Position numbers and translations under genes: made by a program
Notes under the pieces: model-generated
Seen by the model: the letters and a program-made list of their open reading frames with translations, nothing else
Database searches by the model: none
What the model was told of the DNA's origin: nothing
Shown here: in pieces, positions 1 to 9,175 of the stretch
Position numbering within the stretch: the stretch's first letter is position 1
Layout: the number at the start of each line of letters is the position of its first letter
Source: a candidate division WOR-3 bacterium
GTDB lineage: Bacteria; Hydrothermota; Tepidihabitantia; SM23-42; JAOAFX01
DNA: 42,858 nucleotides
Assembly (NCBI GenBank): GCA_039802265.1
Contig: JBDRWI010000009.1
Span: forward strand, 1 to 42,858
Direction: 5' to 3'

Positions 1-127
1 CCGTCTCTTTGTGCGGAGACCATTTTCATATCATCCTCCCCTGAATATCTTGTGGTTTTTTTTAACTATAATGAAAAATTTCATTACCATTGTATAGGAA
101 TTTTTCAAATTCCTATACAATAAATTA
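1..127. repeat. 127-bp exact direct repeat, copy 1 (truncated by window edge); identical to 9628..9754
   Basis: Base-by-base identity with 9628..9754, diverging after ...ACAATAAATTA. Contains inverted repeats TAATGAAA/TTTCATTA (69..86) and ATTGTATAGGAATTT/AAATTCCTATACAAT (89..121). Confidence 0.95.
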
Positions 128-182
128 TAGGTCAACCGCTACAAATTAAAAACCTTTTGAATTACGACGAATTCGCTAAAAC

Positions 183-211
183 AGAAAGCCCCGCATTAAG
201 CGGGGCTTTCT
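183..211 (-). terminator. Rho-independent terminator-like hairpin downstream of the Kelch gene
   Basis: AGAAAGCCCCGC-ATTAA-GCGGGGCTTTCT, 12-bp stem about 35 bp after the stop at 246; short T-run on the minus strand. Confidence 0.8.
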
Positions 212-245
212 TATCGTAGCGTCCGACTTCAGTTAGTAGGAAATA

Positions 246-3131
246 CTATTTCACCAGAATCAGTTTGTGGGTAGCAATCTTACCTTCAGCCTCAAGTCTC
301 AAGAAGTAAATACCACTGGAGAGATTCTTGGTATTCCAGTTAACAGTCTTTGTGCCTGCGGTCTGTCTGCCATCAACCAGTGTACTAATAAGTCTACCAG
401 AAGCATCATAGACCTTCAAAGAGACCCTGGCATCTTTGGTAATGGTATAGGTAATCACTGAACCCTTTGTTGGATTGGGCATATTCGGGGCAAAACCGAA
501 GGATGTAACAAGAGAGGCACCTTCCTTTTCTTCCACACCCGGACCTACAAACCAAGGCAGTTTCCAGACCTGATCAGTAGCTGTCCAGTCTCCATTGTCA
601 TCACCACCACAGACATATATCTCATTATGACCTTCACGGGCAATGAGGAAGTCGTTTCTGGCAAGAGCAAATGGCGTGTAATCAGGAAGGGCGGTCCAGA
701 CATTATTATCAATATCATATTCCCAGGCATGGGCAGTAGGCGGCAGAACTGCATTCTCAAATCCACCGACGATATAGAGATATCTATGGCCACTGCGATA
801 CATCTGTGTCGCCCCATTATTCATATTGGGTACCGGTAGTGGAGCACCTGTATACCAGGTTATCTGTTCACAGTTCGTTGGATTAATAATACCATAGTAG
901 AGATTAGAAAAGGCAGCACTTCCACTATATCCACCAACAATCCAGATTGTATCACCGGTCATTGCAACCCCACCCATCATAAAATTAGTTGGAAGGGACG
1001 TCCCGGTAGTCCAGGCATTTGTATAGGTATTGTATATCTGAACATTATTCGTAGGCGTAGAACCATTATAACCACCGAGCATATAGACGAGCGAGTCATT
1101 ATAAACCACCTGACCACCTGCTATTCTTGCCTGTGGCATATTTGCACCGGTTGTCCAGGAGTTATTGGTAACATCGTAAATCATATTGTAGTTATGAACA
1201 CTACCATCATAGAGACCGAAGATATAGAATTTTCCATTGACATAGGAGGCATCAATCCAGTCACCGGCATAGGGCATATTCGCCATTGTCTGCCAGGTGT
1301 TATTGACCGGGTCATACTGGAATGTATAATTATGGTAGGTGTAACCACCATCAGGTGTTCCGCCAAAGGAGTAGATTCGGTCATTTACCGGGTCATAGCC
1401 GGTTGCGTTTGAGAGTTCGGGACTGGGCATACTCGTGCACTGAATCCACTCACCAACAGTAGAAGTCAGGGTTGTTGAATGAACGGTATCATTGGCGGGA
1501 TTCATGTCTCCGGCAAGGGCAGTGAATGCGGTTAGATTATAAACAATTCCCTCGGCATTCGCCGGTGTCCAGGGGTTGAATGTAACCACGGTCTCGGCAC
1601 CCGCTGGTATTGAAGAAAGGTTTATTGTTGAGGTATAAACAACCACACCTGAAGAATCAATTACGAAACTGACATCAAAGGTCTCAGTATTTGCACCCGC
1701 ATTCCTGAATCGTGCCTGTGGATTGATGGCAACACCAGGGGGAACCCGTGAACCAGGGTTGACAATGGACATCGTCCGGGCATCATGCTGGAGGGTTGCA
1801 CTGCCCAGCAACTGAACATTATCAAATGCCCCGTACCACATCCAGCCACCACCATCATAATAATAGAAATAGACCTGAACACTCTCGGCACCTACATAGA
1901 GAGATACATCAGCTGAATCCCAGGCTGAAGTGATATCAGTGGTATAGGTTTTTAACGGAACCACGCTCCAGACACCACCGGTACGGTGCTTCAGACCAAC
2001 CTCAAGGTATTCAGGAGTACCAAGGTAGTTGTAGGTAATGCCCCATTTTAAGAGGTACATATTCAATGGTGGTCTAACAACTGGTGACTTTGCCGTATCA
2101 GACAGTGAAGGTGCACCACTTCCGGCTGCATCGTCATCAAACCACATTGATGAATCGCCATGGTCTGGGCACTGCCAGGAGCCGTGGAGCACTGCCGGTT
2201 GAACATCCCAGCCATTGGGAAAGGCATAGGCACCGGTCTTTGTCCAGCCCTGCCATCCTGTCTCAAAGTCCCAGATATAACTGGTAATATTGAAAAGCAC
2301 GCCGAATGCATCAAGCATCTTATAGACCATCAGTTCCCAGTCAGCCCAGACACTCGGACCACGACCATCAATTGCCCAGAATGAAGACATAAGATTACCC
2401 GAATTCGGATAGGCAACTGCGGGGTGGGTGCTGTAGCCATTGTCTAAAAGAACCCAGTGTGCCTGTGCGTCAGGAGTCAGGTTATCGCCATAGAATCCAT
2501 TACTGGCATAATCACAGGTCAAAGAGAGTGTAATACCAGCAATTTCACCAAGTCCTGAGACATTGGCAGTCGGGTCATTCCACTGATAGTCCTCACTATA
2601 TGATGCCACATGGAAGTTGCTTATAACGAATGAACCACTACCCGCATAGATGATGTCCTGCCCAATGAGCCAGACCTTGCCACCGCCACTCATATAAGAA
2701 GCAATATTATTCTGGTCGGTCGGAGTCAGGGCATCACCAGTCCACCAGTCATCATAACAATTCCAGATTACAAGTTGATATTGCTGCATCGTCGCAAGGT
2801 CCGGACCATTCTGTCCCTGGGCCGTTGTTGCATACCAGCCATAGTTGCCCGTACCCACAATATTATTTAAGAGCGTCTGCCAGTTTGGGTCAGGATAGGT
2901 TCCTGTACCAAATGTACCGCTATAGTCCTCAACAAAGAGGATGCTTGCCCGTTCTGAGCCAGGGATATAGATCGGTCCGGTTGTCTCCTTTCCCTTCTGG
3001 GAAATTTCCCGCTGGAGCGCATCTGCCTGGTTACTTCCTGCGGGAACACCCTTTGTTATTCCCGGGACCACATTGTAGCCATATAGTCCTACAACCAACA
3101 GTCCCAAGGCTATAAATGCAACTTTCCTCAT
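246..3131 (-). CDS. Secreted multidomain protein: CARDB/Ig-like domain, Kelch beta-propeller, C-terminal T9SS-type (FlgD-like) domain
   Basis: Start moved to ATG 3131 (MRKVAFIALGLL signal peptide, SD AAAGGAG). Kelch repeats (IYSFGG, VYMLGG, IWIVGG, LYIVGG), GDMNPAND CARDB motif, CTD PNP..KVYDASGRLI..SGIYFLRL..KLILVK. Confidence 0.85.
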   Translation of the reverse strand: MRKVAFIALGLLVVGLYGYNVVPGITKGVPAGSNQADALQREISQKGKETTGPIYIPGSERASILFVEDYSGTFGTGTYPDPNWQTLLNNIVGTGNYGWYATTAQGQNGPDLATMQQYQLVIWNCYDDWWTGDALTPTDQNNIASYMSGGGKVWLIGQDIIYAGSGSFVISNFHVASYSEDYQWNDPTANVSGLGEIAGITLSLTCDYASNGFYGDNLTPDAQAHWVLLDNGYSTHPAVAYPNSGNLMSSFWAIDGRGPSVWADWELMVYKMLDAFGVLFNITSYIWDFETGWQGWTKTGAYAFPNGWDVQPAVLHGSWQCPDHGDSSMWFDDDAAGSGAPSLSDTAKSPVVRPPLNMYLLKWGITYNYLGTPEYLEVGLKHRTGGVWSVVPLKTYTTDITSAWDSADVSLYVGAESVQVYFYYYDGGGWMWYGAFDNVQLLGSATLQHDARTMSIVNPGSRVPPGVAINPQARFRNAGANTETFDVSFVIDSSGVVVYTSTINLSSIPAGAETVVTFNPWTPANAEGIVYNLTAFTALAGDMNPANDTVHSTTLTSTVGEWIQCTSMPSPELSNATGYDPVNDRIYSFGGTPDGGYTYHNYTFQYDPVNNTWQTMANMPYAGDWIDASYVNGKFYIFGLYDGSVHNYNMIYDVTNNSWTTGANMPQARIAGGQVVYNDSLVYMLGGYNGSTPTNNVQIYNTYTNAWTTGTSLPTNFMMGGVAMTGDTIWIVGGYSGSAAFSNLYYGIINPTNCEQITWYTGAPLPVPNMNNGATQMYRSGHRYLYIVGGFENAVLPPTAHAWEYDIDNNVWTALPDYTPFALARNDFLIAREGHNEIYVCGGDDNGDWTATDQVWKLPWFVGPGVEEKEGASLVTSFGFAPNMPNPTKGSVITYTITKDARVSLKVYDASGRLISTLVDGRQTAGTKTVNWNTKNLSSGIYFLRLEAEGKIATHKLILVK

Positions 3132-3161
3132 TTCTTCTCCTTTCTCTGAATACAATTCAAT

Positions 3162-3277
3162 CTGCGGATAATCGCAGTTTGACACGGAGTTATTGCCGTG
3201 TCTTTTGGATTAAGATACCTAACCAGTATCTTAATCCTTTATCCTATTTGGTTTTTCTCCTGTGCATCACCCCCTTT
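3162..3277 (-). promoter_or_regulatory. Structured 5' leader with extended SD, 7-codon uORF and tandem hairpins
   Basis: AAAGGGGGTGAT at 3277..3266; uORF MHRRKTK* 3267..3244; stems 3207-3218/3226-3237 (12 bp), 3181-3187/3196-3202, 3162-3166/3173-3177. Confidence 0.55.
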
Positions 3278-3304
3278 CTTTTTATAATCGGTAAGTTATT
3301 ATAT

Positions 3305-3332
3305 ATTCTATTCATAATCTTTGACAAGTCAA
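3305..3332 (-). promoter_or_regulatory. sigma70-like promoter for Kelch gene
   Basis: TTGACT-N16-TAGAAT; TTGAC-AA-GTCAA inverted repeat (3321..3332) overlaps the -35. Confidence 0.65.
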
Positions 3333-3338
3333 GCCCTT

Positions 3339-3929
3339 TTAAAATGTCGGAAGTGGCCGATATGTTGCCATCATAATTCCACCTGCAATTGCACCAATGA
3401 TTATATTTATCACAAACATCACAATAATCGCAACAATCATATATCCAATCACCTTCTCTTTGGGTGTGTTCATCATCACCGGCATTCCCAGATACATAAG
3501 GTATAGTCCATAGAGTGAAGCCAGAAGCACGAGGATGCCCAAAACCGGAAAGATATAAAGTATTCCGGCGACAAAATACGGGGTCATTGAATATACCGCG
3601 AGTTTAAAGGCGCTATTAATGTCCTGGACCGAATCAAATGATGGGGCCAGGGCATTTATGACAATCCCCTCAATATAAAGCCCAATTAGGGTCAGGATGT
3701 AAAATACAATTGCCCAGACCAGCGCCGAGGCAATGGGATAACGAATTATGCCCATAAATCCCACATTCACCCCGATCAGGGCATTGCCAATGAGCCCGCA
3801 TACTGCAGGAATTAATGCCAGGGGCACAGCATAACCGGTTAGGACCTGCGCCATTGTCGTGGGTTCACTTTTTATCTTTTCCCACTCGGTCTTAGGGCTT
3901 AAGAGAATACCCTTGATTCTTTCAATCAT
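3339..3929 (-). CDS. Yip1-family (DUF1282-like) membrane protein
   Basis: N-terminal RIKGILLSPKTEWEKI, about five TM helices, LAVYSMTP and LYGLYLMYLGMP motifs; SD AGGAGG. Confidence 0.85.
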   Translation of the reverse strand: MIERIKGILLSPKTEWEKIKSEPTTMAQVLTGYAVPLALIPAVCGLIGNALIGVNVGFMGIIRYPIASALVWAIVFYILTLIGLYIEGIVINALAPSFDSVQDINSAFKLAVYSMTPYFVAGILYIFPVLGILVLLASLYGLYLMYLGMPVMMNTPKEKVIGYMIVAIIVMFVINIIIGAIAGGIMMATYRPLPTF

Positions 3930-3947
3930 TATTCCTCCTGATGATTG

Positions 3948-3975
3948 AGTATATATAAATCCAGCAGAATGTCAA
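3948..3975 (-). promoter_or_regulatory. sigma70-like promoter for Yip1 gene
   Basis: TTGACA-N16-TATACT. Confidence 0.7.
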
Positions 3976-3999
3976 GAAGGTGCAAGAATACAAAAACGC

Positions 4000-4027
4000 T
4001 TGACTTGCTATTATTTTTGAGTAGAAT
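4000..4027 (+). promoter_or_regulatory. sigma70-like promoter, probably leaderless, for SLT gene
   Basis: TTGACT-N16-TAGAAT, then 5 nt to ATG 4033; no SD. Confidence 0.65.
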
Positions 4028-4032
4028 TTTAT

Positions 4033-4593
4033 ATGTTTCTTTTATTGCTCTTTAGCCAATTGATTTCGTATCATAAATCGGATGGTGTATTTATCACGAA
4101 CATCCCTGTGCCGGGTACAAAAGAGAATATCCGTAATGAAACGGAAACCAGTGACTACGATGGCATAATCACACACTATTCTGCTTTATATGGAGTTGAC
4201 CCCGAACTGGTAAAATTGATAATTGAGAAGGAGTCAAAATTCAATCCCCGGGCAGTATCAAAGAGCGGGGCAATGGGATTGATGCAATTGATGCCGGAGA
4301 CAGCAAAAAGACTCGGGGTAAATGACCCATTTGATCCTGAAGAGAATATTGAAGGAGGCATAAGGTTTTTACGCTATCTCTTTGATGAGTTTGGCGGCGA
4401 CTTAAAACTTACCCTTGCTGCATACCATGCCGGTCCCGGGATAGTCAAGAGATTGAATAGGATTCCGCCTATCCCGGAGACGATTGCCTATGTTGACTAT
4501 ATCATCTCAAGGTACACCGGCTCTACACCCGCGCCCCTCTATTTTTTAATTGCTGAAGATGGTGTGCCATTATTAACAAATCGTCCTAAATAA
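4033..4593 (+). CDS. Soluble lytic transglycosylase (SLT domain) protein
   Basis: ESKFNPRAVS (catalytic Glu), GAMGLMQLMP, LAAYHAG, ETIAYV motifs. Confidence 0.9.
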   Translation: MFLLLLFSQLISYHKSDGVFITNIPVPGTKENIRNETETSDYDGIITHYSALYGVDPELVKLIIEKESKFNPRAVSKSGAMGLMQLMPETAKRLGVNDPFDPEENIEGGIRFLRYLFDEFGGDLKLTLAAYHAGPGIVKRLNRIPPIPETIAYVDYIISRYTGSTPAPLYFLIAEDGVPLLTNRPK

Positions 4594-4602
4594 CAAACTT
4601 TT

Positions 4603-7600
4603 TTAATCCTCAATCTTGCTCAAGAATTCATCCACCTTCTTCATTTTTACCTTATGTTGTAATTCTGAATAGACCGTTTTTGCCTGCCTAAGATAATTTA
4701 TCGCCGGTTTATTCTTTCCCTCAAGAGCCATTATTTCGGCGAGTGCAAAATACCCATCGGCCTGAAGACAACGAAGCCCGAATTCTTCAGCAATAGAAAT
4801 CGCCTTATTTATATTTTTTATGCCCGCTATTGAATTATTGATAAGCAGTGCCTGTGCCCGGCCTAAAATGATTAGGGCAGAGACTTGTTCATACTGCACC
4901 TGTGACTCCTGTGCCAATTCCAGACTCTTTTGGGCATATTGAATTGCCTGGCTATTGTTCTCCTCCAAACAAATTTCTGCCAGAACATTGAAGTGATGGG
5001 CAGAAAGTAATTTGAAATTTTTACTGGCGCTGAGCTCCAACACCTTTGTAATACATTCTCTCGCTCTTTTTATATCACCCAACTTCAAAAAATATCTGCT
5101 GTAATGACATAAAATCTCACAATTCATCCATTCTTCATTCTTTTGCCGTGCAAGTTCTTCAATTGACTTTAAGTATTGTAAGGCGTTGGGAAAGTCTTCG
5201 GTCTCAATTAAAATATTTGCGATCGCCAAAAGAGAGTTTGCCGTTACGCGCACCTCATTTATCTTTTGTGAAATTTTCAGGGCATGTTCATAAAACTCCC
5301 GCGCCTTATCAAACTCGCCAACTCTGCTTTTTAATGTTCCAATATTAAAATAACCGATTGCTCCTCCCCGTTCATCTCTTAATTTGTTTTTTATCTCTAA
5401 ACTTTTTTCGTAATATGCCAACCCTGTTTTTAAATCACCCATCAATTCATAGCATATTCCAAGATTATTATAGCCAAGGGCAAGTGACCGCTGGTCACCC
5501 ATCTTTTCACTTAATTCATTGGACCTGCGATAACACTCCATCGCCGCTGACTGATTCCCTGCAGACCGATATACTGCTCCCTTTAATAGAAAATAACTTA
5601 CCTTCGTTGGTAAATCTTCCGTCTTTTCAAAGAAATGTTCAATATCAAATAAATTTTTTAAAGCCTCCTCAATTAGGTTTCGGCGCCACAAAACTTGCGC
5701 CTTTCGTTGTAAACCCAAAATCTCTCCTTTTTGGTCTTTAATCCTTCTGGCAATTTTGATTCCATAATCAATGAGTTCTTCAGCCCTTTCTGTCTCCGAC
5801 TTTACCTCCAAGAGTAAATCGGCGAGTTGATATGCCAATTGTGGTATAATGCTTGACTCCTCATTTTCTATATCCTTAAGTGCTTGAGACATAATCTCAA
5901 TGCCCTTTTCCAACTGCCCGGTGCGAGCATATACCATCCCGACCTTTCTATCAATCCGCGCCTTTATCAGTTTATCTTTAGTCAGTCTCTTTGCCTGCTC
6001 ATACAAGTTCAAAATCTCATCAATTTCTGTTAATTTTATAAATTTCACATCAGCGAGTTTCTCAAGCCCTTCCCTTCTTTTATCTTCGTCTTCAGCGATA
6101 TCTATTGCCAGCTGATAATTTTTTATTGCCTCCGCGGTGGCAAATAGAGCTATTGCTTCATCGCCCGCCTTTATGGCATATTCACTTGCCTTTGAAAATT
6201 CTTCACAATTAAAATAATGATAGGCTAGTAGGCTGGCACTACCTTCTAAAATACCTAAAAATTTCGATTCAATTGCATCGGCAATTATCTTATGATAAAT
6301 CATTCTCTCACTCCTCAAGAGACTGCGATAGGTAACTTCTTGAAATATCGGATGGCGGAAGGTGTAGTAAAAAACATTACCCTGATTGACATGCACAAGC
6401 AACTCGGCATTTTCAAGTTCATCAAGATGTTTAAGCAGTTCCTTTTCTTTGATTATCTCTTTTAGTAGTTCCTCAGGAAAGGAACGGCCAATAATTGAAG
6501 CAATCTTCAGGAGATACTGTGCCTCTTTGGAAAGCAGATCTGTACGAGCAGTGACCACAGTTTCAATCGAACCAGGCAGTTGAATCTTGTCTAAATCAAT
6601 ACCGATACCTTTATTGAGCACCCCCAACTCAATTATTTGATGACAAATTTCTTCAATAAAGAAAGGATTGCCATTGCTCCTTAAAAAGATATCTTTCTTT
6701 AAAGCCTCTTCCACATCTTCACCCAGTAAGTTATTTATTAATATTAAACTCGCCTCGTAAGAAAGATTATCCAATTTTATTTCCTCTACAATTTCACTGT
6801 ATTCTGTGGCAATACGATTTAAAAAGTTCTTTATCTCTTTAGTTTCGCCGGTGCGATAACTCAGGCAGAAGACCATCTTTGATTTTTTTAAAATAGGCAA
6901 GAGAAAATTTATTATCTCCAGTGAGCCAGAATCAAGCCACTGGATATCATCAATTATTAAAACAATCGGATTATTCAAAGATATCTTTTCAAATAAAATT
7001 GCCACCGCCAGCAATATCTGGAGTTGTAGTGAATGAGTATCAAGATAGATAATTTTCTTCTCCTCTTCTTCATTAAGTTTTAAATTCAAAAGTTTTAAGA
7101 TATAGGCAGCAGTCTCTTCATATTCAGTATTTAAAATTGACTTTAATTTATCTGCCACCACCTCTTTTACCCTGTCCGTCTCCAATGCCACGGGAATAAA
7201 ATAGTTGCGCAAAGAATCGGCAAATGTTTTATAAGGAATGAGGCTTTCGTAAGAGACACCCCGTCCATCAAATAATATCACTTCAGGTGCAGATACAGCA
7301 ACAAATTTTTTTAACTCATATAGAAGGCGTGATTTCCCCACCCCAATCTCACCCTTAATGATAAAAATCCAGGATTTTTCTTTAATATTTTTTATCGCTG
7401 ACTTCAATTTATCCAATTCGTGTTCTCTTCCAACAAGTCGGGAGCGAAAAGGACCAAGACCATATTCAGCTCCCCATTTCTTACCCACCACCTCAAATGG
7501 TATTATCTTTTCTTCTTTTCCCTTTAACTTAATTGCATCAAGTTTTATAAAATCAAAGGCGTGTTTCGTCCTTTGATAAGTCTCGGGACCAACAAGAATT

Positions 7601-8202
7601 GTACCAGGCTTGGCAATATCCTTCAGACGCTGGGCAACATTTACGGTATCACCCATTACCGTATATTCCATCTGTAAATCTGAACCAATTTTACCGGCAA
7701 TCACCTCGCCAGTATTTATTCCAGTGTGAATCTCAAGTTTCGCAAATTTTCCGGCAAACTGCTCATTTATTTCTTCCAGCGCGGTCTGCATATCAAGGCT
7801 TGATAATATTGCCCGCTCCGGGTCATCCTCGTGTGACACAGGTGCACCAAATATTGCCATTATACAATCGCCAATAAATTTGTCAATGATTCCTTCATAA
7901 CGATAAACCATCATTCCCAATCTGCGAAAACATTCATTCATTATAAAAGTCAGTTCCTCGGGGTCAAGTTTTTCTGACAAAGGCGTAAAGCCTGAAATAT
8001 CTGCAAATACTACAGTTACATTTCTCCGTTCCTTCGTTGCTGTATCACGAATGCTTATTATCTTTTTCACTAAACTTTCAGGAATTGTTTTTTTAAGTAA
8101 ATCCATCCTCTGAATTGAGGTATAAGAAATGAGATTAAACCCACATTCACCACAGAATTTATTGCCCGAAGGCACATCTTTTCCACAATTTGGGCATTTC
8201 AT
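4603..8202 (-). CDS. Zinc-ribbon + class III adenylate/guanylate cyclase + AAA/STAND-like NTPase + TPR protein
   Basis: CPNC..CGEC ribbon; VFADISGFT, DKFIGDCIMA, YTVMGDTVNVAQRL cyclase motifs; Walker A GEIGVGKS, Walker B LIIDD; GNPFFIEE; C-terminal TPRs. Start placed at MKCPNC (8202). Confidence 0.9.
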   Translation of the reverse strand: MKCPNCGKDVPSGNKFCGECGFNLISYTSIQRMDLLKKTIPESLVKKIISIRDTATKERRNVTVVFADISGFTPLSEKLDPEELTFIMNECFRRLGMMVYRYEGIIDKFIGDCIMAIFGAPVSHEDDPERAILSSLDMQTALEEINEQFAGKFAKLEIHTGINTGEVIAGKIGSDLQMEYTVMGDTVNVAQRLKDIAKPGTILVGPETYQRTKHAFDFIKLDAIKLKGKEEKIIPFEVVGKKWGAEYGLGPFRSRLVGREHELDKLKSAIKNIKEKSWIFIIKGEIGVGKSRLLYELKKFVAVSAPEVILFDGRGVSYESLIPYKTFADSLRNYFIPVALETDRVKEVVADKLKSILNTEYEETAAYILKLLNLKLNEEEEKKIIYLDTHSLQLQILLAVAILFEKISLNNPIVLIIDDIQWLDSGSLEIINFLLPILKKSKMVFCLSYRTGETKEIKNFLNRIATEYSEIVEEIKLDNLSYEASLILINNLLGEDVEEALKKDIFLRSNGNPFFIEEICHQIIELGVLNKGIGIDLDKIQLPGSIETVVTARTDLLSKEAQYLLKIASIIGRSFPEELLKEIIKEKELLKHLDELENAELLVHVNQGNVFYYTFRHPIFQEVTYRSLLRSERMIYHKIIADAIESKFLGILEGSASLLAYHYFNCEEFSKASEYAIKAGDEAIALFATAEAIKNYQLAIDIAEDEDKRREGLEKLADVKFIKLTEIDEILNLYEQAKRLTKDKLIKARIDRKVGMVYARTGQLEKGIEIMSQALKDIENEESSIIPQLAYQLADLLLEVKSETERAEELIDYGIKIARRIKDQKGEILGLQRKAQVLWRRNLIEEALKNLFDIEHFFEKTEDLPTKVSYFLLKGAVYRSAGNQSAAMECYRRSNELSEKMGDQRSLALGYNNLGICYELMGDLKTGLAYYEKSLEIKNKLRDERGGAIGYFNIGTLKSRVGEFDKAREFYEHALKISQKINEVRVTANSLLAIANILIETEDFPNALQYLKSIEELARQKNEEWMNCEILCHYSRYFLKLGDIKRARECITKVLELSASKNFKLLSAHHFNVLAEICLEENNSQAIQYAQKSLELAQESQVQYEQVSALIILGRAQALLINNSIAGIKNINKAISIAEEFGLRCLQADGYFALAEIMALEGKNKPAINYLRQAKTVYSELQHKVKMKKVDEFLSKIED

Positions 8203-8209
8203 TAGATAT

Positions 8210-8237
8210 AATATAACCAAAAAATTATTGAAATCAA
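8210..8237 (-). promoter_or_regulatory. sigma70-like promoter, probably leaderless, for cyclase gene
   Basis: TTGATT-N16-TATATT, then 7 nt to ATG 8202. Confidence 0.5.
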
Positions 8238-8272
8238 GGGGAAACAAGTGGATTTTAATTTGCTGTCAAGAA

Positions 8273-8300
8273 TTGACATTGGATGAAATCTTGATATAAT
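8273..8300 (+). promoter_or_regulatory. sigma70-like promoter for Tat-protein gene
   Basis: Consensus TTGACA-N16-TATAAT. Confidence 0.75.
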
Positions 8301-8320
8301 ACCGGAACAGGAGAGTGAGA

Positions 8321-9175
8321 ATGACGAGAAGAAAATTTTTGAAGTTTCTGGGAATAATCCCAGCGCTATTCATTTCTATCAAAAGTCTCCCAAAGACATT
8401 ATGGGCTGGTAAACTGGAACATTCAAATAAAAATTTCTGGCAGGACTCAAGGTTCATCCAGAAGACAGTTGATATGGCTGGTTATAACAACAGTAAAATC
8501 AGGGCACACATTGATGGAAAATGGAAAGAATTTACGCTGGTTGAAGCGGGAAACGATTTTGCAGAGTGGAATCTCAAGAGAAGATTGGAGTTTATTGAAG
8601 GTATCAAAACCGGCCGAATGCCGGAATTAGGTGGACCGCACTCTGGGGTTGTGGCAACATACGGATTAAGGAGATTCGATTCCCATTTTACCTTAAATAA
8701 TACTGTAAAGGGTACCGGACTTGCACCCCGGGATGATAAACTTGATGTGGCAATCAAATTACTAAAAGACACATATGATAAACCGATGTCCGAAAAGATG
8801 GATGTGCTAAAATCGTTATATGAGAAAAAAGACTTCTTTGACTGGCGCAAACAGACATCACTTGAGTTATATACTACAAAAGACTTTGAAACCCACACAT
8901 TTTTGAATATAATGGAAAACCCCGTAGCGACAATCGTCTTTATGGATATCCCCACATACGAACTGCGCACAATCGCCCGCATTGTTCATCCCGATGACAA
9001 AACTGCCCTGCCCCAGGAGCAAAAATTATTAGAATTCGTAAATCTTGCCCATGAGTATATGCACGGTAAATTCTCTACGGTCTTCCCGGTTTTGATATTT
9101 TATATTATAGAAGTCTTTGACAATACCCCGGGGACAAAAAGAGGCGTGAGAATCGTCCCAGAACAGGGTGGATAA
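8321..9175 (+). CDS. Twin-arginine signal protein, probable FMN-binding split-barrel (pyridoxamine-phosphate oxidase-like) fold
   Basis: MTRRKFLK Tat motif after SD AGGAG; HTFLNIMENPVATIVF and IIEVFDNTPG resemble PNPOx-like barrels (fold is inference). Confidence 0.6.
   Translation: MTRRKFLKFLGIIPALFISIKSLPKTLWAGKLEHSNKNFWQDSRFIQKTVDMAGYNNSKIRAHIDGKWKEFTLVEAGNDFAEWNLKRRLEFIEGIKTGRMPELGGPHSGVVATYGLRRFDSHFTLNNTVKGTGLAPRDDKLDVAIKLLKDTYDKPMSEKMDVLKSLYEKKDFFDWRKQTSLELYTTKDFETHTFLNIMENPVATIVFMDIPTYELRTIARIVHPDDKTALPQEQKLLEFVNLAHEYMHGKFSTVFPVLIFYIIEVFDNTPGTKRGVRIVPEQGG

Noticed and set aside
8482..8982. Long antisense or alternate-frame ORFs (also 13115..13585, 36943..37377, 37669..38157 and others)
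   Set aside because: They shadow well-supported genes and lack motifs or SD.
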